This document shows, piece after piece, positions 10,273-21,095 of a stretch of 64,000 bases of DNA. The notes below the pieces were generated by a model. The model saw only the letters and a program-made list of their open reading frames with translations. It searched no databases and had not been told where the DNA came from. Where the stretch lies: positions 248,001-312,000 of IMG/VR virus record IMGVR_UViG_3300031884_000002, one strand, 5' to 3'. The position numbers and the translations under genes are program-made. How positions within the stretch are numbered: the stretch's first letter is position 1; each line of letters opens with the position of its first letter.

Positions 10273-11901
10273 ATGGCATTTGATTTATTAACAAAAGTAT
10301 CGAGATTAGTCAATGGACAACGATACACAAGTACTGATTTAGGAAGTACACAAGAAGCATATCAGTCATCCATTCAAATGGGAATTGGAGAAATATGGGC
10401 GCAAGATAATACACTTCCAAGTTCAAGTTTGCCATTTTCAGGAAGTTCATCTCCAAATACAATATTAACCAGTGGAAGTTTAAAATATTGGTATAGGTGG
10501 GGATTGACGCTTGATAATAGTGCAACTGCAACTGGAAGTTCGGTTTGGTTTTTTACGTCTCCATCGGGTTCGGCTGGAGGAATTGGTGGTCAATTAATTG
10601 ACCCCGGCCAACAAACTAATTTTATAAGTCCAAAATACGGTATTCCGGGTATTTCTGGATTTAAATCAGAAGATTCTCCTCCCGGATATGCAGTGACTAT
10701 AAACAGTTCATCCAACGATGTCAGTTTTGGATTCGTTAATCCAAACAGTTTTCCATATCAATTCGATTATAAAACCGGAGTACTTGAGTTTACTTCGACT
10801 ATAATACCATCAGGAAGTTTATATGCAACAGTATATCAATATAACGGACAATTTTTATCGGCGGCATTAACCAATATTACATGTAGTACAATTAATGCAA
10901 CCTCTTTTACAGGAAGCCATTTTGGAACTAGTAGTTATGCCATAACTGCATCATACATTTCAGGAAGTAATTCAGTATCTTCATCATATGCCACAACTTC
11001 GTCATACGCATTAACAAGCGGAGGTGGAGGAACAACTTTAGTTACCGGTTCAACATATCCTATTACATCAAGTTGGTCGATTACATCTAGTTATTCATTG
11101 TTGAGTTTATCGGCATCATATTTTAGTGGCTCAATTTCAAATGCGGTTACTGCTATAACTTCGTCGTTCTCATATTATGCTATTTCATCATCATATTCGG
11201 CAACCTCATCATATACAAGTTCATTATATACAACAAGTTCATTATCATCATCATTTGCATCCAGTTCCATTTCATCTAGTTATGCATTAACTGCATCCTA
11301 CGTTGCAACAAGTTCCGGAGTTATGGGAGGAACTTTAAATTATATACCTATGTGGTCTGGAAATACAGCATTGTCATCCAGTAATATTTATTTAACTGGA
11401 AGTAATATTGGAATAAATACAATTTCACCTTCATATTCAGTTCAAATAAGCGGAACATTTGCACCAGTTGGAGATGCGATATATTCACTTGGAAGTTCCA
11501 CCAATAGATTTAACACGTTATACGCACAATCAACCACCGTTGGAGCATTCTTTGAAGTTGGATTAAGAACTGAGGGGGTTGGAATAAATCCAACCGGAAC
11601 TATTGTAATATGGAAAAAGGGAAAATTGGAACCATCTACAATAGAAGAAGATGAAATGGTAATGGGAGTATTAAAAGAAGGAAAAGATGAACCTATAATT
11701 TTAGGAGCCGAGCCTATTCTGGTAACTGGAAAAGTAGAAGAAGGAGATTATATAGTAACAAGTAATAAAAAAGGACATGGAAAAGCAGTAAAACGAGGAA
11801 TGGTATTTAAAAAGGATTTATTTGGAAAAGTTATAGCTCAAGCATTGGAAGCATCAGATAAAGATAGTAATTTAATAAAAGCGATGATTCGGAAATTTTA
11901 A
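10273..11901 (+). CDS. tail fibre protein with C-terminal intramolecular-chaperone-like (peptidase G2/IMC-like) domain
   Basis: 542 aa; YQFDYKTGVL N-domain; YSLGSSTNRF; charged C-terminus ..GAEPILVTGKVEEGDYIVTS..GKVIAQALE. Confidence 0.6.
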   Translation: MAFDLLTKVSRLVNGQRYTSTDLGSTQEAYQSSIQMGIGEIWAQDNTLPSSSLPFSGSSSPNTILTSGSLKYWYRWGLTLDNSATATGSSVWFFTSPSGSAGGIGGQLIDPGQQTNFISPKYGIPGISGFKSEDSPPGYAVTINSSSNDVSFGFVNPNSFPYQFDYKTGVLEFTSTIIPSGSLYATVYQYNGQFLSAALTNITCSTINATSFTGSHFGTSSYAITASYISGSNSVSSSYATTSSYALTSGGGGTTLVTGSTYPITSSWSITSSYSLLSLSASYFSGSISNAVTAITSSFSYYAISSSYSATSSYTSSLYTTSSLSSSFASSSISSSYALTASYVATSSGVMGGTLNYIPMWSGNTALSSSNIYLTGSNIGINTISPSYSVQISGTFAPVGDAIYSLGSSTNRFNTLYAQSTTVGAFFEVGLRTEGVGINPTGTIVIWKKGKLEPSTIEEDEMVMGVLKEGKDEPIILGAEPILVTGKVEEGDYIVTSNKKGHGKAVKRGMVFKKDLFGKVIAQALEASDKDSNLIKAMIRKF

Positions 11902-11963
11902 TTAAAATCTATATTTTATATAAAATAAATCTATATTTATATAAAAGAAAGCAATAAAATATT

Positions 11964-14900
11964 ATGGCAGTAATTCAAACTATTAATGGTAATATATTAA
12001 CAACTGGGTCGTTAAATATAGCAGCAACACAATCGATTGGACTATCGTTAGGAGCAACTCCGTATTTATATTTAACGTCTTCAAAAATAGGAATTGGAAA
12101 CAATCTTAATCCTCAATATTCACTAGATACTACCGGAGATAATAACGTATCAGGAAATTATAGAGTCGGTGGTAACATTTTGTCGGACAATAACAGAAAC
12201 ATATTTGCCGCTTCAATTTCATCAAGTAATAGCGTATGGGTAGCTGGTTCCGTAACCGCTCCGTCATTCACTGGTAGCTTTAGTGGGTCAATAGGAACAG
12301 CCGCATATGCATCATCTTCTACATATGCTCAGACCGCAAGTTATTTAAGTGGTTCTTATGCATTTGTAACTTCACTCACATCATCTGGTATTTATGATAC
12401 TGGAAATGCATATATAGGTGGTAATTTAACTCTTTCTGGAAATTTTACAATGCAAGGTTCTGGGTCAGTTGTAAACATTACTTCCAGTGCAGTTGATATT
12501 GGAACAAATGTAATTTTAGTTAATGCATATTCTCCATTTCAACGATATGCCGGTATTTCTGCAATTGATAGCGGTAGCGCAACACCAGCCAGCAGTTCTC
12601 TTTTATGGGACAGTTTAAAAAATAGATGGATATTCCAAGGTGATGCTGGAGTATATGGAGCTATTCAATCAAGTTCAGTTATAATCGGAGGTCCAGTAAG
12701 TTCAATAGGAAACGAAACTCAGTTAACTCAAAACACAATTCCTAAAGCTTTAACCGGATTAAATATTGGGGATTCATTATTAACTGATAATGGAACTATA
12801 TTAAATTACGCTGGAACAGGATTTTCTGCAAGTTATATTACAGTTGCAAATACCATATCAGCATCGGCATTATCAAGTAATACATTAAGTACAAATACAA
12901 CATATGCCACAACTGTTAATGCGACTAGTATTACTGCAAGTGGCATATCTGGGGTAACTTCTATATCAGCAACTAGTATTACGGCATCTTTATTAGGAAC
13001 AGCAAGCTGGGCAAATAATGCAGTTACTGCATATACCGCTTCATTCGTTAATGCTGGAAATATTACACTTGGAACTTTATCAAACTCCGTATTGCCATCC
13101 CAAATAAATGTTACCGGTGTAACCGCATCACTATTAGGGACATCTAGTTGGTCTACTTATTCATTATCAAGTTCAATTGGAATAAATACTTCAGCACAAG
13201 TTAATTATTTAACATTTGTTGTAAATACCGGGTCTAATCAAGCGTTAAATACAAATCAATTATTAAATTACAATTCTGCAACAAATAAATTATATTCTTA
13301 TATAGTTTCGTCGTCTGGAATAACAACTCCCGAAATCAGCGGTCCTAACGGTTCGCAGATTGATATGAATAACGGACTGTTACAAGACAGTGCCGCAACA
13401 AATACTTCTTTGAATTGGAATACTAGAACATTAGTAGGATATGGAGGAACGGCAATTACAGTAGATTGGACTAACAGATTTTTAAGTGGAAGTTGGTATT
13501 TATCTGGTTCAATTACAGGTTCAGTTGCGGGTACTTCTAGCTGGTCAACATATTCATTATATGATAGTATTGTTACGGCATCTGCCAATCAAAATTATTA
13601 TATCGAAATGGTATCGGGAAGTTCTGGGTCTCAACTTACATATACTGATTTATTATTAACGTTTAATCCTTCAACTAATGTTTTAATATCACCAACTATA
13701 AGTTCTTCTTTATTCACTGGTTCTCAGATAAATATCAATGGATTGAGCGGTTCTGTTGCTATTCTAAATAGTTTAAGTATTGGTAATACATTATTTACAC
13801 CATCATTAATCAATACATCTGGGGGTGGCTCAACATTTACTGCAAGTGTTGGCTCCGGTGCTAATGGAAGCCAATTACAATTAAAAGCCGGAAATGGAAC
13901 AGGATTTGCTTCATTAACTACATCTAATGGTGGGTTATATGTCGATGGTAATGGTAATATATCGGCTTCCAATTCTTTATATTCTGGAAATGCTACCATA
14001 ACTACATTAACCGCTTCAACCGAATTAGTATCAACTTTACTTGTAACTAGTACATTAACTTCTCCTACTGTAAGTGCTTCTTTATTTACCGGTTCTCAAA
14101 TAATAGTAACCAGTACAACATCGTCTTTCACTGGTTCTTTAGTTGGAGCATTAATTGGTACTTCTAGTTGGGCTAACAATGCAACTTCGGCTAGTTATTC
14201 AAAACTTTCAACAACTGCATCATATGCATTAAATAGTTCATATCCTGATATTACTGATATATCCGGCCAGTTCGTTGGTATATTTAATTCAAATCCAAAA
14301 TCTCCATTGGATGTTGTTGGAAATATAAGTTTAACTGGAATGTTAATTAACACTGCTAGTTCTTTAGTATCTGGAAATAGCAATTTTATTGGAACTGGTG
14401 CTGGGGCAGGAAATCCAAGCGTAATACAAAGTAATTTTATAGGATTGAATGCAGGTAGCGGAGCAACAACATCAAATTATAGTAATTTTATTGGAACTGC
14501 CGCTGGATTTAATTCTAGCAATACTCCATACAGTAATTTTATAGGAGTTCAAGCTGGAGCTAACTCTACTAATGCAAATAGTAGTAACTTTATAGGTTAT
14601 TATGCAGGACAAATTACTCCATATGCAGTTGGAAGTAATTTTTTAGGTTATCAAGCTGGATTAACTGCTACTTCTGCAAGTAATAGCAATTTTATAGGTT
14701 ATAATGCCGGTAATGCGGCAGCTACTGCAAATAATAGTATTTTTATTGGAAATAGTGCAGGACAAAATGATACTGTAAATAACATATCAAATACGGGGTC
14801 TTCCATTCTTATTGGTGATTATACATCAACAAAAGGATTTTCTAATAGTATAGCAATAGGACGTGGAACATCTAACACAGCATCGGCACAATTAAACTTA

Positions 14901-16790
14901 GGAAACTTAATTTGGGTTAATGGTATTTATACTGGTTCTGCTACATATTCTCAATCGGTAATTGGAGGTAAAGTTGGTATTGGATTAACTACTCCTGTTA
15001 ACTCATTAGATGTAATAGGAAATATTTCATGTTCGGTAATTACTGCATCATTACATTTCGGAACTTCTAGTTATGCATTTACATCAAGTTGGGCATTAAA
15101 TGCTGTTAATGGAGGAACTACATTAGTAACTGGCTCAACATATCCGATAACTTCAAGTTGGTCTAATAATTCAGTTTCATCTAGTTATTCATCAACTTCA
15201 TCTTACATTGGACTTGGAAGTACTGGATATGTTCCTATTTGGAATGGAAATACATTAACTTCTACAAGTTCAATTTATCAATCGGGAAGCAATGTTGGTA
15301 TAGGAACACTTACTCCATCTCAACCATTATCAGTAAATGGAAATCTATATGTCAATGGAAACATAGTCGCCGTTACTACTTCTGGCACTGGAACAACCGG
15401 AATAGGTACTGGTGCAGGAGGGTTATCGCAAAATGCATCATATTCCAATTTCATGGGATACAATTCTGGTGGTTCTGCCACAAGTGCATCTTATAGTAAT
15501 ATGTTAGGATATTATTCAGGAGTTAATGCAACTAACGCAAGTGGTAGTAATTTTATAGGTTATTATGCTGGAAGTAATGCATCTAATTCTAATAATAGTA
15601 ACTTCATTGGATATCAGGTAGGGTTTAATGCAACTAACGCAAATGGTAGTAATTTTATAGGTTATATAGCCGGAAACAATGCAAATAATGCTTCGCAAAG
15701 TAACTTCATTGGATATAGCGCAGGAGGTTCCGCAACAACTTCAAATGCGGCATTATCTAATTTTATAGGTTATTATGCTGGATATAATTCCTCTACTGCT
15801 AATAATTCTATATTCATTGGAAGTGGGTCTGGATATAATGATACTGTAAATAATAGTACTGGTGGATCGTCAATTTTAATTGGCGATAATACTTCTACTA
15901 AAGGATTTAGTAATAGTATAGCGATTGGTAAAGGAACTGCAAACTCAGCCTCGGCTCAATTTAACATTGGTAATTTGTTAATTGGTAATGGTATTTATAC
16001 GGGAGGAACTCCATCGACAGCATCCGTTATAGGTGGTAGAATTGGTATTGGAACTTTTAATCCGGTTAACGCATTAGATGTGATAGGTAACATTTCATGT
16101 TCTGTAATAACCGCATCATTATTTTTAGGAACAGCATCGTGGTCTAACAATGCAATTACTGCTTCCTATTCATCAACTTCTAGTTATTCAATTGCATCTG
16201 CCAATGCATTTATACAAAATGGTAATAGTTTTGGTGCCGCAGCAGTTTTAGGAACTAACGATGGAAATATATTATCCATCAAAACAAATGGCTCAATTCG
16301 TTTAACGTTTGATACAGGTTCAACGGCTGGTATTACGGCATCTGCAAACGTTGTTCCCATCACTGACAATTTATATACATTGGGGTCGGCAGGAGCAAGA
16401 TTCTCTGGATTGTATGCTACTCAAACAACCATCGGCGCTTTATTTGAAACTGGATTAAAAACCGAAGGAATAAACAAATATTCAACCGGTACGGTTTTAA
16501 TTTGGGAAGGCGGCAAACTCAAACCATGTTATAAAGAATTGGATGCTAGAGTAACCGGAGTATCTCAATATGGAAAAGACGAACCAATCATAATGGGAGC
16601 AGAACCTATATTAGTCACTGGAGAAATCCAAGAAGGAGATTGGCTGGTAACTAGTAATAAAGAAGGACACGCAACTGGAATATCTATGGAATCATCTCCC
16701 TCGGCAATTTATGGAAAAGTCATAGCCCAAGCACTTGAATCTGGAAACGGAACTTCGTATATTATTAAAGCAATGATTAGAAAAATGTAA
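11964..16790 (+). CDS. long tail fibre protein with SNFIGxxAG beta-roll repeats and C-terminal chaperone-like domain
   Basis: 1608 aa; two blocks of ~18-aa SNFIGYxAG repeats, VGIGTxTP motifs, C-terminus paralogous to that of 10273..11901. Confidence 0.7.
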   Translation: MAVIQTINGNILTTGSLNIAATQSIGLSLGATPYLYLTSSKIGIGNNLNPQYSLDTTGDNNVSGNYRVGGNILSDNNRNIFAASISSSNSVWVAGSVTAPSFTGSFSGSIGTAAYASSSTYAQTASYLSGSYAFVTSLTSSGIYDTGNAYIGGNLTLSGNFTMQGSGSVVNITSSAVDIGTNVILVNAYSPFQRYAGISAIDSGSATPASSSLLWDSLKNRWIFQGDAGVYGAIQSSSVIIGGPVSSIGNETQLTQNTIPKALTGLNIGDSLLTDNGTILNYAGTGFSASYITVANTISASALSSNTLSTNTTYATTVNATSITASGISGVTSISATSITASLLGTASWANNAVTAYTASFVNAGNITLGTLSNSVLPSQINVTGVTASLLGTSSWSTYSLSSSIGINTSAQVNYLTFVVNTGSNQALNTNQLLNYNSATNKLYSYIVSSSGITTPEISGPNGSQIDMNNGLLQDSAATNTSLNWNTRTLVGYGGTAITVDWTNRFLSGSWYLSGSITGSVAGTSSWSTYSLYDSIVTASANQNYYIEMVSGSSGSQLTYTDLLLTFNPSTNVLISPTISSSLFTGSQININGLSGSVAILNSLSIGNTLFTPSLINTSGGGSTFTASVGSGANGSQLQLKAGNGTGFASLTTSNGGLYVDGNGNISASNSLYSGNATITTLTASTELVSTLLVTSTLTSPTVSASLFTGSQIIVTSTTSSFTGSLVGALIGTSSWANNATSASYSKLSTTASYALNSSYPDITDISGQFVGIFNSNPKSPLDVVGNISLTGMLINTASSLVSGNSNFIGTGAGAGNPSVIQSNFIGLNAGSGATTSNYSNFIGTAAGFNSSNTPYSNFIGVQAGANSTNANSSNFIGYYAGQITPYAVGSNFLGYQAGLTATSASNSNFIGYNAGNAAATANNSIFIGNSAGQNDTVNNISNTGSSILIGDYTSTKGFSNSIAIGRGTSNTASAQLNLGNLIWVNGIYTGSATYSQSVIGGKVGIGLTTPVNSLDVIGNISCSVITASLHFGTSSYAFTSSWALNAVNGGTTLVTGSTYPITSSWSNNSVSSSYSSTSSYIGLGSTGYVPIWNGNTLTSTSSIYQSGSNVGIGTLTPSQPLSVNGNLYVNGNIVAVTTSGTGTTGIGTGAGGLSQNASYSNFMGYNSGGSATSASYSNMLGYYSGVNATNASGSNFIGYYAGSNASNSNNSNFIGYQVGFNATNANGSNFIGYIAGNNANNASQSNFIGYSAGGSATTSNAALSNFIGYYAGYNSSTANNSIFIGSGSGYNDTVNNSTGGSSILIGDNTSTKGFSNSIAIGKGTANSASAQFNIGNLLIGNGIYTGGTPSTASVIGGRIGIGTFNPVNALDVIGNISCSVITASLFLGTASWSNNAITASYSSTSSYSIASANAFIQNGNSFGAAAVLGTNDGNILSIKTNGSIRLTFDTGSTAGITASANVVPITDNLYTLGSAGARFSGLYATQTTIGALFETGLKTEGINKYSTGTVLIWEGGKLKPCYKELDARVTGVSQYGKDEPIIMGAEPILVTGEIQEGDWLVTSNKEGHATGISMESSPSAIYGKVIAQALESGNGTSYIIKAMIRKM

Positions 16791-16837
16791 TGTAAGTTAT
16801 ATCAATTTAAGTTTTGATAAATTGATATTTATATTAT

Positions 16838-19800
16838 ATGGCAAGAATAGTAACAAATAATAGTAACATTGCTTCAACCGGTAGCGTGCTAATTTCAGCA
16901 TCTGGATCTACCTCAATGATAGTCAATGGTATATCTTCTTTATTTGTTACCACATCATCAATCGGAGTGCTGAATACAACGCCATTTTATACGGTTGATA
17001 TTTCCGGATCAATAAATGCAAATAGTCATTATTCAAGCGGAAGTTTAGTTATAGATGTTAATTCAAATGTATCTGCATCATTAGTTAAAGTGAATAATTT
17101 AAGTTCCAGTGGAATTATATTTTATGATGGAACTAAATTAGTAAACAATTCAAGCAGTTTATATTGGAATAATTCTACATTTCAATTAGGAATTGGAACT
17201 TCAAGTTTAAATGCAATAGTACATATCAATTCTAATAATTCTGGAAATAGTAATTTTTTAACTGAAAAAATTGCAGGTCAAATATGTTATTCTTTAACTC
17301 CATGGACTAATCAAGTTTATATTGGTGCCGGAACTTATTATAAAGGAAGTTCATGGATTACGCAAAATAGTGGAAATCCACAATATCAATTATTTAGTTT
17401 ATTTCCTGGTACTGGCGTTACATGGTATGCCAATGGAGCAATGTCAAATCCAGTAACTCAAACTGTTACGTTGTGGAATGATAGTGGAAGTTGGGTTGGT
17501 AATATAAATAATATAACTACAACTTCCAGTAATTTTTTAGCACTTGATGGTATAAATTACTTTCAATATGTTCCAACTGGTTCTTTACAATTTCCGGATT
17601 TATATTTTACAAGCAGCGTTGCAACTGGAAGTGATTCGGTTATGGGTATTTGGCAAAGCGTTGCAACTGGAAGTTCATATGGAATTTTAATAAACGCTAT
17701 ATCATTGAGTAGTGGAAATGCAATAGCTATTAGTGCAAGTGCCGGAAGTATTATCGCAAGTTCATTTACGGGTAGTTTTTCAGGAACTTCCTCATATTCT
17801 AACAATTCCGCCACTGCATCTATATTACTTGGTAGTGTTGTATCGGCATCATATTCCAATACTTCTAGTTATGCATTTACATCAAGTAATTTCAATGGTA
17901 ATTCCATTACTTTAAATTCTACCACATACACAACAAATTCAATTCAATCCAACATTGGTGCAGCGGGAGGTGGATACTCAATTGTTAATGCTGGCGGAAG
18001 CAATAAAGTTTCACAATTAACACTTACTGCCGGAACAACAACTATTCCTGGTATCGCACAATTTAGTAATATTAGTGGTAGCACAGTTGGTATTGATAGC
18101 AATGGAAATTTAAGTGCATCATATAATATTTATGTAAGCGGCTCAATTACTGGTTCAATTACAACTGCTTCATATGCCACATTAGCCGCAACTGCTTCAT
18201 ATTTTAGTGGATCTATTTCTAATGCTATCAATGCAATAACTGCATCATATCTTACTGGTTCTAATTCTATATTAAATAGTTTAACCGCATCCAATGAAAC
18301 TGTTACTAATTTAAATGCTTCAAATATTGTATTGACAAATTATATTCAGAATACTGGTAATACCGCTACAAATTCTAATATAATTGGTAATGGTGCTGGT
18401 GTGGGTTCAACCGGTGGTTCAAACAATTTCATCGGACAAAGTGCTGGTAACTCTGCTGGTGCTTCTAACTATGCAAACTTCATCGGTGTATCTGCTGGAA
18501 CAAGTGTAAATAGCGCAAGTTATAGCAATTTTATTGGTTATAATGCGGGTGGTTATGCTACCAATTCCAGCCAAAGTAATTTTATAGGTTTCAATGCTGG
18601 CGCATCATCTACCAATGCCTATAATAGTAATTTTATTGGTTATCGAGCCGGTGGAAGTGCTACTCACTTTAATAATGCTATAGCAATTGGCTATCAAGCC
18701 GGATATGGCGAAGGTGTTAATAATAGTGCTAGTAATTCCTCTATATTAATTGGTGACTATACCTTAGCCAATGGGTTTAAAGATAGTATAACTATTGGTA
18801 AAGGTACACAGAATAGTGCTAATAACCAATTAAATATTGGTAATAGTTTATTTATCAATGGTATATATTCAGGTTCTTCAACTACTTCAACTCCACAACT
18901 TAATTTAACAGTAGGTATTGGAACTAATGCACCCGTAAATGCTTTAGATGTTATTGGTAATATTTCTTGTAGTGTAATAACCGCATCCTTACATTATGGA
19001 ACGTCCTCATATTCTAATTATTCGGCCACTGCATCTTATTATTCGGGTTCTATATCAAATGCTACATCTGCTTCATACGCATTAACATCATCATATGCAT
19101 CAAATGTTATATTATTGGTAACTGCTTCAACCTATCCAATAACTTCAAGTTGGGCAATTACCTCCAGCATTTCTCAAAACTTATTTAATCCACTCACGGC
19201 AAGTATAATTGGATTTGGAGGCATAAATATAAATGCCACTGGTTCTATAACAATTGGAAATGCGGTAGCAAGTAGCATTGGTACAAGTGTAAACATTCAA
19301 TCATTAAGTAGTGGAACTGGAAATATTAATTTAACGGCTGGATCATATGGTAATGGAGGTCAGTTTAATTTATATTCTGACAGTGGATTACTTCTATTGT
19401 CTTCTAGTAATGGAACTGGACCACTTTTTAACTGGAATAATGGCAATTTAAATATTAATAAAATAGTTAGTGCGTCTAATTTTCAAGGTCCACTTACAGG
19501 TTCTGTGATTGGAACCGCAAGTTGGGCTACGAATGTAGTAAATGGAAGTTCATACAATAATACATCGAGCGCATTATTAATTAGTGGATCAATTGGAAAT
19601 ATATTAAATGTTTATGGAAATATATCATCTTCAAATGTAAGTGCATCTGGATTTTTTGTAAATGGGGCTACCAATACAGTAGGAAGTTCATATCCAGTAT
19701 ACGTCGGAGTAAAAACCAGTGCTGGTGCATTAGTATATTCCATTGCAAGTGATCCTGGTAATTTCACTAGGATTTATACTGGGCCAAGTGGATTATCACT

Positions 19801-21076
19801 GGGAGCAGCCAATTTAGTGGAAGATAAAAACAGTCCTTCAGCAGATAATTATTATGGAGAAAGTACGGATGGAGGAGGATTTTATTTCAGAGGACAGGGA
19901 ACTTTTAGTTTTGGAAATCAATCAGCTCCGTCAATTTATACCCTCGGTTCCAGTGGAAAAGTAGGAATAAATAATAATACTACGCAGATTAATTCATTAG
20001 ATGTGACGGGTAATATATCTTGCTCGGTAATTTCTGCATCATTAAATGGAACTGCATCATGGGCTACTAACGTAGTTAATTCATCAGCAACTTCGAGTGC
20101 ATTATTAGTATCAAGTTCAATTGGTAATATTATTATAAGTCAAAGTTTAATAGTAAACACAAGCCCAACCAGTTCAATTCCAGCATTAAATGTAGAAAGT
20201 TATTGGACCGGCTTAAGTTCTACTTCATATGGAACTTTAATACAAGGAGTTGTTAACTGGACTGGTTCTTCTATTAATAATTCTAATCAATATTTATTAA
20301 ACTTACAAAGTTTCAATCCGGCATCATCTCCTAATAACAACCAATTCAAAGTGGCTGCTGGTGGAAGTATAACAATGGGTTCCACTAATCAACCATGTAT
20401 GATGCAATTTGGTAATTCTATACTTCAATTTAGTGCCAATGGTGGAAGTACAGTTGATATGGAACTTGCAACTAATGGAGGAACAACATTAAACATCGGG
20501 AGTGGATTTACATTTGGATGGTCAAGTACTGCTGCTGCTGGGGGATTGGTGGGAGTTGATACCAGATTAGTTAGGGATGCAGCAAACACTATCGGACAAC
20601 GTAACGGAGGAACAACTTCTTCATTGGTCCCCCAATCATATAATTTATATAATTATTATAATACCGCAACTGATAAACAATATCTTTCTCATTATTGGAC
20701 AGGTTCAAATTTTTATATACAAATAATAGCAACCGGCTCAGTAACAGGTTCGTCTAATATTAACCTCGTAACTAGTGGTTCCGTAATAGTAAGTTCAAAC
20801 TTAATCATTAACAGTATATCAAAACAAACTGGAAGCTATGCATTAAAATCAACCGATGCAACTGTACTGATGAGCGGCAGTTCTGCATTAAGTGCTTCTT
20901 TACCATTGACCAGTACAGTTCCCATTGGTATTGAATATACTATAAAAAATCTATCAACTTATCCGGTTATAATTACTGGAAGTAATCCGATTGACAATCA
21001 ATCAAACCAAATAATAACCAGTCAATATACATCAGTCACAATTCAATCAGATGGTACTAATTGGTGGATTCTATAA
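16838..21076 (+). CDS. long tail fibre protein
   Basis: 1412 aa; SNFIG repeats, two LDVxGNISCSVI modules, C-terminal YTIKN...SVTIQSDGTNWWI motif common at fibre C-termini. Confidence 0.7.
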   Translation: MARIVTNNSNIASTGSVLISASGSTSMIVNGISSLFVTTSSIGVLNTTPFYTVDISGSINANSHYSSGSLVIDVNSNVSASLVKVNNLSSSGIIFYDGTKLVNNSSSLYWNNSTFQLGIGTSSLNAIVHINSNNSGNSNFLTEKIAGQICYSLTPWTNQVYIGAGTYYKGSSWITQNSGNPQYQLFSLFPGTGVTWYANGAMSNPVTQTVTLWNDSGSWVGNINNITTTSSNFLALDGINYFQYVPTGSLQFPDLYFTSSVATGSDSVMGIWQSVATGSSYGILINAISLSSGNAIAISASAGSIIASSFTGSFSGTSSYSNNSATASILLGSVVSASYSNTSSYAFTSSNFNGNSITLNSTTYTTNSIQSNIGAAGGGYSIVNAGGSNKVSQLTLTAGTTTIPGIAQFSNISGSTVGIDSNGNLSASYNIYVSGSITGSITTASYATLAATASYFSGSISNAINAITASYLTGSNSILNSLTASNETVTNLNASNIVLTNYIQNTGNTATNSNIIGNGAGVGSTGGSNNFIGQSAGNSAGASNYANFIGVSAGTSVNSASYSNFIGYNAGGYATNSSQSNFIGFNAGASSTNAYNSNFIGYRAGGSATHFNNAIAIGYQAGYGEGVNNSASNSSILIGDYTLANGFKDSITIGKGTQNSANNQLNIGNSLFINGIYSGSSTTSTPQLNLTVGIGTNAPVNALDVIGNISCSVITASLHYGTSSYSNYSATASYYSGSISNATSASYALTSSYASNVILLVTASTYPITSSWAITSSISQNLFNPLTASIIGFGGININATGSITIGNAVASSIGTSVNIQSLSSGTGNINLTAGSYGNGGQFNLYSDSGLLLLSSSNGTGPLFNWNNGNLNINKIVSASNFQGPLTGSVIGTASWATNVVNGSSYNNTSSALLISGSIGNILNVYGNISSSNVSASGFFVNGATNTVGSSYPVYVGVKTSAGALVYSIASDPGNFTRIYTGPSGLSLGAANLVEDKNSPSADNYYGESTDGGGFYFRGQGTFSFGNQSAPSIYTLGSSGKVGINNNTTQINSLDVTGNISCSVISASLNGTASWATNVVNSSATSSALLVSSSIGNIIISQSLIVNTSPTSSIPALNVESYWTGLSSTSYGTLIQGVVNWTGSSINNSNQYLLNLQSFNPASSPNNNQFKVAAGGSITMGSTNQPCMMQFGNSILQFSANGGSTVDMELATNGGTTLNIGSGFTFGWSSTAAAGGLVGVDTRLVRDAANTIGQRNGGTTSSLVPQSYNLYNYYNTATDKQYLSHYWTGSNFYIQIIATGSVTGSSNINLVTSGSVIVSSNLIINSISKQTGSYALKSTDATVLMSGSSALSASLPLTSTVPIGIEYTIKNLSTYPVIITGSNPIDNQSNQIITSQYTSVTIQSDGTNWWIL

Positions 21077-21095
21077 TTTTACAATATTTATAATT

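Noticed and set aside
10273-21076. Diversity-generating retroelement acting on fibre C-termini
   Set aside because: No reverse transcriptase; repeated segments differ at all base types, not adenine-specifically
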